In this document: one piece after another, positions 15,724 through 27,534 of the stretch | How positions within the stretch are numbered: the stretch's first letter is position 1 | Layout of the letters: every line of letters begins with the position of its first letter | Origin: Neocallimastix sp. 'constans' | Lineage: Eukaryota | Length of the DNA: 64,000 bases | NCBI GenBank assembly: GCA_050613775.1 | Contig: JBODTK010000106.1 | Span: forward strand, 1 to 64,000 | Direction of reading: 5' to 3' | The notes under the pieces: generated by a model | What the model was told of the DNA's origin: nothing | The model's database searches: none | What the model saw: the letters and a program-made list of their open reading frames with translations, nothing else | Program-made: the position numbers and the translations under genes

Positions 15724-15939
15724 AACCTTTTAAAACATATTCTTTTAAGGATTAATGAAATAATTAATCATTATTAGTATTTATGATATAATAGTTGTCA
15801 ATAATACTAATGATTTAATGGCTAATCTAGAGAGCGATATTAATGGAAAAAAATATTAATTATAGAAAACTACGGAATAAAAAAAATAATTATTTATAGT
15901 CTAAAAAATAATAAAATAATAAAATAAATTATTATATTA

Positions 15940-16422
15940 TATAATTTAGACATCCAGGAAGCATCTTCGTCATCATAACTATATAAATACCAACCCCATA
16001 TTCAGTAAAAGCACAGTTATTTTTGTTATCAAATTATTATCAATATCATAATAACGTATTTTTAGTTGCAATTTAAAATTTCTTTTCCAATAGTTATATC
16101 ATTGCCATAACTTGTATAATAACAAGAAATACTAATAATAATAATCCGATTGTTAAATTTAACATTGATCAGGGTTCACTCTACTAGATGGTCCAAATTA
16201 ATCATTTATTACTTCATTTTTATAATGACAATAGGATATATTATCACTAAACGATTCTTTATCTTTACTTTTGTATATATATGCTTTTTTCACAATCTTT
16301 GGTACTAAATAAAAACTCCTTATTAGGAATTTTTTATTAAATTCAAAATATTTATCTACATCTTTAGTACTAAATACGTACCTGACTAATATGAATAGAA
16401 TACTAATAGACAGTAATTTCAT
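15940..16422 (-). pseudogene. Disrupted gene for a putative secreted protein
   Basis: Signal-peptide-like start MKLLSISILFILVRYVFS. The reading continues past stops and frameshifts (FGPSSRVNPDQC, YWKRNFKLQLKIRYYD, CAFTEYGVG). Confidence 0.5.
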
Positions 16423-16626
16423 TTTAAATATATAATAACTATTATAAAATTATTATAAAATATTTTGCTAAAAATTAATTAATAATCAATTATTTTAAAA
16501 TATATTTATAATACACACTTTTTCTAAATATATATTGAAATAATTATTTATAAAGTTTTAAAATAATATACATTATTCGATAATTATTATAAATAAATAT
16601 AACTGTAGGCTTTATATAAATAAATT

Positions 16627-17358
16627 TTATTCAAAACAATTTAAAGTATTGATTTTATTGTTATAATCAATATTATTTTTTCTATTATGTCTTACAAAGC
16701 AACAACAGCAATAGTAGCAACAATTAATCATTGTCATATAATAAATATTTATGCTTCTAAATAAAGTTCTTGAAGACCCACCGAATTGCAATAATATCAG
16801 AACGCATGTGATGATTACCAGAACATCTTCCACCTTTACAATTGTTATACATACATTTTGAATCCTTTGCATTAGACCAATTAAAATACTCTTCACTTTC
16901 TAAATAAAAAATAGGTTTTGTATATATAAAATCACAACGTTCCATATCGGATTCTACGTTATATGTAAAAGTATTGACAATATATTTATATGAAAAACAC
17001 TGTGTATCAATTTTACATTTAATGGAAATATTGATAGTTTCATTATCATAGTCACATGTAAAATCTCCTGAACAACTTGTATAGGGGAATTAATATGTAT
17101 TTACAAATAATTTCCATTTCTATCTGGTAATTCAATAAATGGTCTAATATGAAGATCTTCCATACGCGCACATATACTATCTTTACAATAAAATAGTCTA
17201 TTCATTACCACTATAAAATATGTAATAACCTGTTTTAGTTTATAGTCTAGGTGTAGCACGAAACATGTATATACTACTAAAAAAAAAAAAAAAAAAAAAC
17301 AGCATTGTTGCTATATATAACATCAATTAAATTTAATTGTAATATGTTTGTTATTCAT
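16627..17358 (-). pseudogene. Disrupted Cys-rich single-pass membrane protein gene (lineage-expanded family type)
   Basis: Frameshifted pieces FYCKDSICA, PFIELPD, CSGDFTC, KCKIDTQC, ERCDFIYTK, CMYNNCKGGRC, followed by a hydrophobic/CCYYCCCC tail and a basic stretch. Confidence 0.55.
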
Positions 17359-18059
17359 TTGTTTCTTGTTATTTAAATAGTTATATATAATTTTATTGTA
17401 TATTTATTAAGAAAATAATATATATGAATGAATATGAAAAGAAAGTAAAATTATAATTTTTATGGATTAAATAATTTTATAATGTTAAAGGCAACATAAT
17501 TGTTTTAATTTTGAAAAAAAAAAAAAAAAAAAATCATTACAATTTTTATATATTACTGATATAAAAATATCGTTATAATTCGTTTATCAATTAAAATGTA
17601 ATATATATTTTGTTTATATTTATTATTTTATTTTATTTTATTTATTTTTTTTTTTAAAAAAAATTGTTCTAAATTTAAGTACAGTTGTATAAATTACAAA
17701 TATTAGTTTTGTTATTTCTGTATTTTTTTTTTTATCATGTTATTAAAAAATTTACTTTTTATTATGAAAATTAATATTCTTTTCCATTGTATTATTTTTA
17801 TTTACTGATATTAGTAATTAAAGTAGAGGAATTAATTTTTCAATTATTTTAAATTATAAAAATGTTATATTGTTTTCATCAGAAATATTATTATTTAGAA
17901 TTAGTTACAAATAACACATCAAAAAGAATTGTTAATTATTTTTAATAATAATAAAGTTAATGAGTAATAAGGATATGTAATTTAAAAAAAAAAAAATTAA
18001 ATATTCAAATATGAAATATGATCATTAGTTAATTTTAATGATGAAAATTTTTTTCATAC

Positions 18060-18132
<73 letters not shown>

Positions 18133-21100
18133 ATATTTATATTAATATCAAATAAAGAAATATATTATTCTGCTTAATATTATAGTAAAATATGTAGTTA
18201 ACACTTATAATATAAATCAATTTTATTGGTATTATTAGATGTCATTTTTTAGTTATGAGTAAAGAATCATATTTCTTTATTTCTATAGTTTATCATATTA
18301 AAAATATATTAATTATTAGAATAATAGTATAATTAATATATAATGATTAAATGTAAAAATTATCTATTAATATATTAATATAATTTTTTGATATGAAATA
18401 AAGTTCTAAAGTATAAAACTTCTGTAAAACAAAAAAAAAATTTTTTTTTTCATTTTCATTTTCTTTTTAATTTTATATTTTATTTTTTAAAAAATTAATA
18501 AATTATAAGATTATATAATAAATAAAATTATTTTTAAGAGTATTTCAAAATTGTATTCCATTGTATATTACTAAATTAACTGTAATATATATCTGAATTT
18601 ATTAAACACTTTTCTTTAAGAAAATATTAATTCAAAAAAAGAAAAAAAAAAAATAAATATTTAATTAAACTTATAACAAATAGAATTTTATTCTAATAAA
18701 TTAGAAAATGGAAAAGTAAAAAAAAAGAAAAAAAAATTTTTTTCTATGGATATCATCCAACAAATACTCATTATATACATAAACTCTATATATATTTTGG
18801 AACAACAGTATTATAATAATTAATGAAATATATAATGATGTTATTGAAGTTAAAATTATATGTAGAAGATCTTTAGCTATTATATTTCTTAACGATATTG
18901 ATTTCTACTATAAAACAAATGGTCTTGTAAATGATTAATAATATTTAAAATTAATAATATTTATTATATGATTTATTATATGATATATCATATATTTTAA
19001 ATAAAATTTTAATTTATATAAATTTGGTTTTGTAATAAGCTATTTATAATATATTGTAAATGAATGAATAAATAGATTAATTAATAGAAAAATTAATTAA
19101 AAAAATAGTATCAAAAATATATAAATTATATATAAATATTTTATATTTTATATATTTTATATATTTATAAACATTATATATGTTAAATAATTATAATTAA
19201 ATCGGGCTAAAAATTTTCTTTAAATATTAATATTTTTTTTTAGATTTAACTTTACCTGTTTAATATAAAATTTTATTATTACAAATGCATTTACATATAT
19301 AATATAAATATAAATATAAAATATATAAATTAATATATAAAATATAAAATATATAAGTTAATATATAAAATATAATTTTCTATATAATAATTCAAATTAT
19401 AATATCCTAATAATTAATGAATATATTTATAAATATAAAGAAAATATATTATAATATATTATATTTATAAGTATTTATTTTTATATATAAAGTAAAACAC
19501 AAAAAAAAATTAATAAAGTAACGTTGAACTAAAAAATTATTATTATTATTTTGTAATAATTTTTTTTGAAAAAAGTTAAAATAATAATAATTAATTATTA
19601 TTAAATATTTTTTTTTATTATTATATTATAAATAATAAATAAAATCACTTTATTTTTTTCAAAAAAAAAAAAAAAAAAATTATTATATTATAGGTAAAAC
19701 ATAATAGAAAGGGAAAAAAAGAAAAGAAAAAAATAAAATTGATTTAGTTATATTTATTATTAAAAATATAATATATATATATTTTTTTAAACTTTTCTTT
19801 TCTTTTCTTTTTTTTAATAATAGTTCTATTATTTATTAATATTTTAAAAGTATAGTTTACTTATTTTTATTTATACATTATTTTATTCATTGTTTTAAAA
19901 AACAATTTTTTTTTTTTCTGTATTAATAACTATTTCTGTTTTTAATGAATGCTTTTTGTAATTTATTTATTTAATTACATTTGTAGCAATAATATTTAAC
20001 TATTTATGAAAAGGAAAAAAAAAAAAAAAACGTAAAATCTTCAAAAAAATAAAAATAATAAATTAAGGAATAATTTTAATACCGAAATTAAATTAATATT
20101 AATGAAAATTTAAATCAAAATTAATTGCTTGATTTTAATATTGTTACTTTATATTATTTATTATACATTTAGAAAATTTATTATAAATAAATGAATAAAT
20201 AAATAAAAAGTGATAATCAAAAATATTAATTATATATATTAAAAATAAAAATAAGAGAAATAATAATTAATCAATACAATTAAAATAAGATTGAAATTAA
20301 AAAAATATTAAAAACTAAAAAATAATTACAAATTAATATTAAAACATCTAATAAACTATTACATTTATAAATTTAATAGAATATTGGAAGTATAAAATTA
20401 GTAATACAAATTAATTACAGTGATAATAAAATTACGTTCAAAAATATTAATTCATAAACACTTTCGTACTATTAAAATTATATAGTTTTTATTTGTTATA
20501 TTATTGATTAATATAATAATTTCATTATATATATAAATATATTATTGATTAATATAATTTAAAGAAAAATTTATATTTTTTTTGGATAAATACAATTTAT
20601 ATATATACAAAAGAGCAAAACGAAACAAAACTAACATATCAATAAATGTGGGAAAAATAATATTCAAAAGTATTCTTTAATATGATATATAAAGATATTA
20701 GTTATTAATAATTAATCAAATAATATAAAAAAAATTAATATAATTTTATTGTATAATTAGAATCAAATTTAATAAATAGTTTATTATATTAAACTGTTTT
20801 AGAATTTATAAAAGATAATAAACTAATCATTAAAATAAAAATATATATTATTCAATATCAAAAAATCACATAAAGAAATTATTATATAACAATCAGATTT
20901 TCGTATTCAATAATATTATGTAAATTTTATTTAATTTTTATTTATTGTTTATATAAAAATTTGAAAGGAACGCTATTTGGGACAATTAAAAATTTTAGTT
21001 TTATTAAATAATAAATAAATAAAATTAAATATTTTTATTATTGACATAATATTAAGAATTTATAAAAAGCTTATGTATTAATTATTTTTGGTTTACGAAA

Positions 21101-21480
21101 TAATTTAATACAGCTTAATGAAAAATAATTAACGCATTATTAAAAAAAAGTTAAGAATTTTATTTATTAATAATATTCTTAATTTTAATATGAAATTTAT
21201 TAATAAACCTACTATTTACTTAATTTGATAAGTTATTAATAATTTTTTATAAATAAAAATAAAAAATTTAAATAAATATATAAAAAAAAATTAAGTATAG
21301 AAGTTATTTATTAAAATATGTAAATATTATGTATGGAATAAAATAAATATAGTTAAATATTTATAACAATAATAATACCAGAAATTATTTATAATATTTA
21401 AAATCAGTAAAAATATATATAAAATACACGAATTTAATAAATAACATTAGTATACAATATTAAAAAAAATTAAGAAAAAA

Positions 21481-24000
21481 ATGAGTGAAACTAAACTAAT
21501 TAATTTTGATGTTATTAATACTAAGTCAATAAAACCTGTACTTCTAACAAAAAAATTAGATTCACTTGATGATATGGTAGAGGAATCTGAGTTAAAAAAT
21601 AATGATAATTCTGGGGAAATTCTACCGCATGAAAGAATTATAGATAATATTGCTTCTTCAACATCTAGAATAATAGATTGTTCATCAGTGGCAAACAGTC
21701 CGAAGCAAATATTTAATACTTCCGTAAGTCATGATAAATTAGAAATTAGTTTGTCTAATAAAGAAATTTTAAAACGACAATTATTAACATTAGGGAATGG
21801 TTATGATGATAATTTACCATCAGCACTTATTATGAAAAAATCAGCTAATGAAAATAAAGTTAAAACATCAGAAAAAGAATCTTCAACTAGTTCACCCATA
21901 CAGTCTACAAAATATGTTTCAATTGATGTTTTAAATAATAATACCATCTTGGACGTAGCTGATGCAAATACAATTAGTAATGAAGTTATGACATTATCTT
22001 CAGAGGATGAAGGAATAATACATAAAGCAAATTCTGAAATTTCTGAGACTACTTTTAATCAATCTCAACCACCAGCGTTTAGTGCTTCATGCTTTGAGGG
22101 TATTAATACTTTTAGGCTTTCAACTGGTGCAATAGAATTACCTAGATCTGTTTCACCATCATCACCATCATCACCATCATCTCCTTCATCACAATCTTCA
22201 TTAGTTTATAATAATCATGGTCATCAAATATTGGCTACTCGATCATATTCAGCCCTTGCTCTTATTGAAGACATAAATAATTGTTCTCCTTTAAGAAATT
22301 CAATATCAGTTTATTCAGGATCTAATTATACTTTTTCATATGCGAACTCAATAACGGATGATGGAAATGATAGTGAAAGTGTTCTGGCAAAGAAGAAAAA
22401 GTCTGTACGTTTTAGTAATATTGTTGATGTAATTGATAGTGATGAAAATAGTACTTTAGCAAAATTAAAAGCTCTTGATACTGAAAATAAAATAGATTCT
22501 AATGAAGTTCAAGATTCAAATCAAGATTTAAATCAAGATTTAAATCAAGATTTAATCTTTCCAGAACTTACTACTGTAATTAATATTGAAGATGATAATC
22601 ATGAATTAACTTCAATGAATTCATCTTCTTTAAATAATTCTTCGCATTCATCATTTTTAATAAAAATAGAAGAAGCTATCGCTTTTGTTTTTAGATACAT
22701 TATTTTAACCATTAGTAGTTTTTGGAGGTTATTCAAAATAAAACAAAATAGAAAGAATAAGAAAAGTAATAGAAAAAATAAGAATCAATATGCTATCATA
22801 AATGATAATGGTATAACGGATTATACTACTCTAGCTGTTTCATTAGAGGAAGATATAAAATTAAATGAAGAACATCGTTTATCTCAAGGTTCAATTGTAA
22901 ATAATATAGCATCAAATACTAAAGCACAATCTTCTCCAAATGATATTAAAGAATTAAATTCTTCAATAGCAATTTCAGAACAAGATAAAAGTAAATCTCC
23001 TGATTCATTTTCATTCAAAAAACTTTGTAACTTAAAGAATAGTGAAAATGATATGGAACTTTATTCTCTAAATAATAATAATAATGATGACTCAAATAAA
23101 TTTCCAGAGAAACCAAAAAATGTTTATATCCCGTTAACTACAGTTTCATCTACTTTAGATAGAACTATTACTAATAATTCGGAAAATTTAAAGGAAAAAA
23201 CAATTTCTATGCCTCTTACTATCAATACATTATCTCAACAAAAAGGTGATCGTGTTGTACGGTATTGGTATAAAAAAGATCCAAAAAGAAAAACGATGAC
23301 TCAACGGTTTGGTTTAACTAAAAGTTTAAATAGTAGTGATGTATTGAATAAAAGTAATAAGAAAAACATAATTTTAAAACAAAAAGATAAAACTAAATAT
23401 CCAAAATTAGTTTCTAAAATGCCTGAATCAGTTATTACTACATCAAAAATTAAAAGATCCAGTCTTGTTAATTTTACTCCTACTAATATTGATATCAATA
23501 ATATACCTAATATTAGTGCAACAACTACGACTAATACTATTTTGAATTCTACTTCTTCTTATAGAGGTGAAAGAAATCAGAACTTGGCTTTGAATAATAC
23601 TGATAGTAATAGTAATAGTAGTGGTAAAAATAGTAACGAAAATGATAGTATTCATCAATATTATGGAAAAGAAATTATAATAAGAGATTTAAATTCAAAC
23701 GATAAAATATATTATTCTTTTAATTTAGAAGATGGTAATAAAGGAAAAATAGATTTTCAGACTAAGGATAATCAAGGTAAGGTACTTTCATCAACAATTA
23801 TTTCAAATAAGAATGGTCAAACCTTTATTGAAAAAAATGAAGTAAATAGTACAATTTTACCATCTTCAACTAATTCTTCTCCTTCTACTTCTCCTTCTCT
23901 ATCTTCAACATCATCTTCTGATAAGGAACCACTGAGAAAATCTTCTAAAAGATTTAATCATAGAAGACAAAATAGTGTCAGATTACAAATTTCATATTAA
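21481..24000 (+). CDS. Intronless 839-aa Ser/Asn-rich hypothetical protein with an RVxF-like motif and one hydrophobic segment
   Basis: 2.5-kb stop-free ORF, much richer in GC than its flanks, AAAAAAATG context. Contains KKKKSVRF, AIAFVFRYIILTISSFW, SPS and QDLN repeats. Confidence 0.85.
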   Translation: MSETKLINFDVINTKSIKPVLLTKKLDSLDDMVEESELKNNDNSGEILPHERIIDNIASSTSRIIDCSSVANSPKQIFNTSVSHDKLEISLSNKEILKRQLLTLGNGYDDNLPSALIMKKSANENKVKTSEKESSTSSPIQSTKYVSIDVLNNNTILDVADANTISNEVMTLSSEDEGIIHKANSEISETTFNQSQPPAFSASCFEGINTFRLSTGAIELPRSVSPSSPSSPSSPSSQSSLVYNNHGHQILATRSYSALALIEDINNCSPLRNSISVYSGSNYTFSYANSITDDGNDSESVLAKKKKSVRFSNIVDVIDSDENSTLAKLKALDTENKIDSNEVQDSNQDLNQDLNQDLIFPELTTVINIEDDNHELTSMNSSSLNNSSHSSFLIKIEEAIAFVFRYIILTISSFWRLFKIKQNRKNKKSNRKNKNQYAIINDNGITDYTTLAVSLEEDIKLNEEHRLSQGSIVNNIASNTKAQSSPNDIKELNSSIAISEQDKSKSPDSFSFKKLCNLKNSENDMELYSLNNNNNDDSNKFPEKPKNVYIPLTTVSSTLDRTITNNSENLKEKTISMPLTINTLSQQKGDRVVRYWYKKDPKRKTMTQRFGLTKSLNSSDVLNKSNKKNIILKQKDKTKYPKLVSKMPESVITTSKIKRSSLVNFTPTNIDINNIPNISATTTTNTILNSTSSYRGERNQNLALNNTDSNSNSSGKNSNENDSIHQYYGKEIIIRDLNSNDKIYYSFNLEDGNKGKIDFQTKDNQGKVLSSTIISNKNGQTFIEKNEVNSTILPSSTNSSPSTSPSLSSTSSSDKEPLRKSSKRFNHRRQNSVRLQISY

Positions 24001-24728
24001 GGGATTATTTCTTATTTTATTTTATTTTTTTCGTATATATTTTTTGTTTGTTTCGTTTAATCTATTATTTTTTTTTATCTTTTTTTAAATTTATAATATT
24101 TAAATAAACAAAAAAAATAATAATAGAAAAAAATATAAGAACAAATTAAAAATAACAACTAAAAAAATATATATATAAATATATATATATATAAAATATA
24201 TATATATTGCTACAATTTAATTATTAGTTAAATGGAAAAGAATAAAGTAAATAGTGATATAAACAAATATATAAAGATTAAAATTTAATTATTTATAATC
24301 AAAATTAATAAATTTTAGTTTCTTAATATATGATACCTTGAAAAGTATAATTATAATTATAATTCATTAGTATTGTTATTAGGATAACAAAATAAATATA
24401 TTTATTAACAAAAAATATTATAATCATAATGAATAATATCAAAAGAAAATAAATTAAAATAATTTTTTAGATATTATAAATAATTTTTAGAATTAAATAT
24501 TTATAATATTAAAAAAAAAAAAAAAAAAAATTAAAATTAAAAATTTCATAAAAATTAGAACAAAATTAAAATTTACTACTAATATATTAATTCGTTTAAA
24601 CAACAAAGCAAATAAAATTCCAAAAAAAAAAAAAAAAAAAAAAAAAATTATATATATATATAATAAAATAAATAATATAGAAAAAAATATAAAAATTACT
24701 ATATATAAAACACATACATATACATTCA

Positions 24729-24775
<47 letters not shown>

Positions 24776-24842
24776 AAACATAAATAATAATAAAAAAAAA
24801 TATATTTAATATTATTACTATTTTATTTTGTTTTACTTATCG

Positions 24843-26383
24843 TTGAACCCTATTATTAAATTACTTAACTCTAAAGTTACTAAAGCTCTCTTTTCTGTTA
24901 GTAAATTTCTTTCAAATTCCAAAATTCCTATTCCATTTAAGAAGATTATAATTAACTCCTATGTACTTAGTAAAGTCTCTTACTTTGCGCCTTTACTTGG
25001 TTCCAATAAAGCTAGAACAAATAATACTCAGAAATTAATTAATAAAGGATTAAGATGGATTGCAGGTATACAAAAAGCCAAATCATTTATTAATGTATAT
25101 TCTATTTCAAAAGATTTAAATATTCCTCCATTGTCAGCTAAGTATGCTTTGTCTCAAGTCAAATGTTTTGATAAATGGAAAGATTCAAATTGTATTATTT
25201 CCTAATAATATTCCAAAATCTAGAAAATATACATGGACAAAAGAAAGTAGAGCTCTTAAACGTAAACTAGAGAAAAGAGGTAATAACGATAATAAAATCA
25301 AGGATTTTTATTGGAAAAGAAATATGAAAATCAATTCTATTAAAGCTGAGTTTTATGACAAAAACAAATTCGAAGAAACATCAAAATTTATAAAACTTTG
25401 TTATGAATATCCTGATCTTTCATATGGTTTCTATTGGCTATTGAGAGCACGAAGCGGATATAGATTAGATGCTAGAATTGCTAAAACTGCAAAAATAATA
25501 GATCAAATGTGTCCTAATTTTTGTCCCTGTTATAAAAGTAATAAACATTGGATAAGTCATTGGTTAATTGATTGTCTTTTTTTCAATCATATTCGTAATA
25601 AAGTTAATGATAAAATTTTATTTTTATATAATGCTTTTAACCGTGGCAACCTAACAAATGATATAGTTAATAGTATTAATGATAATAGTAATAGTAAAAT
25701 AGTAATAGTAATAATAGTAATAGTAATAATAGTAATAGTAATAATAGTAATAGTAGTAATAGTTATAGTAATATTAGTAATAGTATTTTTAGTAATGTTA
25801 GTAATAGTATTGAAAATAATGTGTATATTGATTCTAGTGTGTTTAATTTCCTTCTTGGAGGTCGAAGTATTAATAACAGTACAAGGGAATGGAAGGATCT
25901 ATTTAAGTGCCAGATGAAATCAGGTGCTTATTCTGATACTCCGTTCTTGGTGGTTAATGCGGCACTTCTACAATCGATTATACCTATTGCTATTAGCCAG
26001 CAATGGTCTTTGTTCAATAGGTTCAAATCGAATCGTACTACTACTACCAAGAGCGTCAATGCTGAGGAAACAGTAAGACAGGCCAGCAGGGCTAGCGCAA
26101 CCAATGAAGATCATAATTTTGTATCTTAAAATTATGATAAACATTGCGAAGTCAAAATTAATTATTATATTTCAGTATAATAATGCCCTTGTGAAGTCGT
26201 ACAAATATTAATTAAATGAAACTAGAATATATTATACCATTATTTTTTTTTTTTTATTTTGTGTTTTATTTTTTGTTTATTTTTTATCTTTTTTTCTTTT
26301 TATTACATGTATTTTATCATATATTTAATTAATAAAGATGAAACAAGTTTGCTGCCGTTAAAAAAAAAAAAAAAAAAAAAAAA
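24843..26383 (+). mobile_element. 5'-truncated LINE with poly(A) tail and degenerate target-site duplication
   Basis: ORF2 C-terminal peptides YFAPLLG, LLRARSGY, CPNFCPC…HWLIDC (CCHC knuckle) and FLLGG. Poly(A) at 26360-26383. Flanked by ATTTTGTTTTACTTATCG (24825-24842) and ATTTTGTTTTATTTAATCG (26384-26402). Confidence 0.88.
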
Positions 26384-26579
26384 ATTTTGTTTTATTTAAT
26401 CGATAATTAATTATAATAATTATAACACCATTTTATTTTATTTTATTTTATTTTATTTTTTTTTTTATAAATAAAAACTAAAACTAAAACTAACAATTAA
26501 CAACTAACAACTAAAAACTAAAAAACATAAAATAAAATAAATAAGAAAAAAAAAAAAAAAGAAAAAAACATTTATATAT

Positions 26580-27530
26580 GAGAGTGTTGCATCTCGTAAA
26601 AAGTTACATTTCTGAAATTAGAGATGACTTAAAGCTCAACATTAATTATTCTGAATATAGAATTAATTTCCGATAGGTACTTCATGCCAGATTTGGATAT
26701 AAATTCGATGCTTATGTTGCCAAAGCAACCAATATGATTGAGGACGACTGTCCAGAACGGTGTCTTTGTTGTTATAGAGAAAATAGTAATTCTAGATTGG
26801 AACATTAATTTTCTAAATGCCATCTTTTCCGGGAATTTCATATGAAATATTTTATGAATTTTGAAATTCTTTATGAAACATTTTTTGTAATTAGTAAGTA
26901 TTGTCCAATATCAAATAATAATGCAAACATTATTACCACAGATATGAATAATATAGAATCAAGTATTGATTCTGATAGTAGTAACGAAGAGTATAATATT
27001 AATGACAATAGGAATAGTGTTGTTAATAATGGTAATAGTATTGATAGTGAGAATTGGAATATTAATATTATTGATAATGAAAGTAATAGTATCGTTACTA
27101 ATAATGGTAGTGAATAGATCAATTGATGATAATCGTGTTAATATTAGTAATTTTCTGAATAATGAGCATATAAATATATATGTGATGTTGTATCGATTAT
27201 ATAACTTCCTTCTTGGTGGAAGAGATACAGATATTACTGATTTAAATTATAAAAAGGAATGAGATGTTTTTGTTTAAGAGGGAGAGAGTTTAGTGGACAC
27301 CGCACTATCTTTTTTAAAGATGTTACTTCTAGGTTTTATTATTTTTTTATTTGACATGAAGGGAAAATTCCCTTATAGTACAACTTGCCGAAATACATAG
27401 TATTTTTGAGCTCTTTTATTTTTTATTTTTTTAACTTTTATTTTTATTTTTAATTTCAAATGTTCTTTTTACCTACATGTATTTTTTATAATAAAATTAA
27501 TAAATTTATGGAAGCCCTGTCTAAAAAAAA
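26580..27530 (+). mobile_element. LINE 3' fragment (zinc knuckle, Asn/Ser-rich tract, 3' UTR, short poly(A))
   Basis: LHARFGYKFD…CPERCLCC…EH…C and YNFLLGG. The 3' UTR carries GATGTTACTTC and TAGTACAACTTGCCGAAAT and ends CCCTGTCTAAAAAAAAA. Confidence 0.82.
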
Positions 27531-27534
27531 ATTT

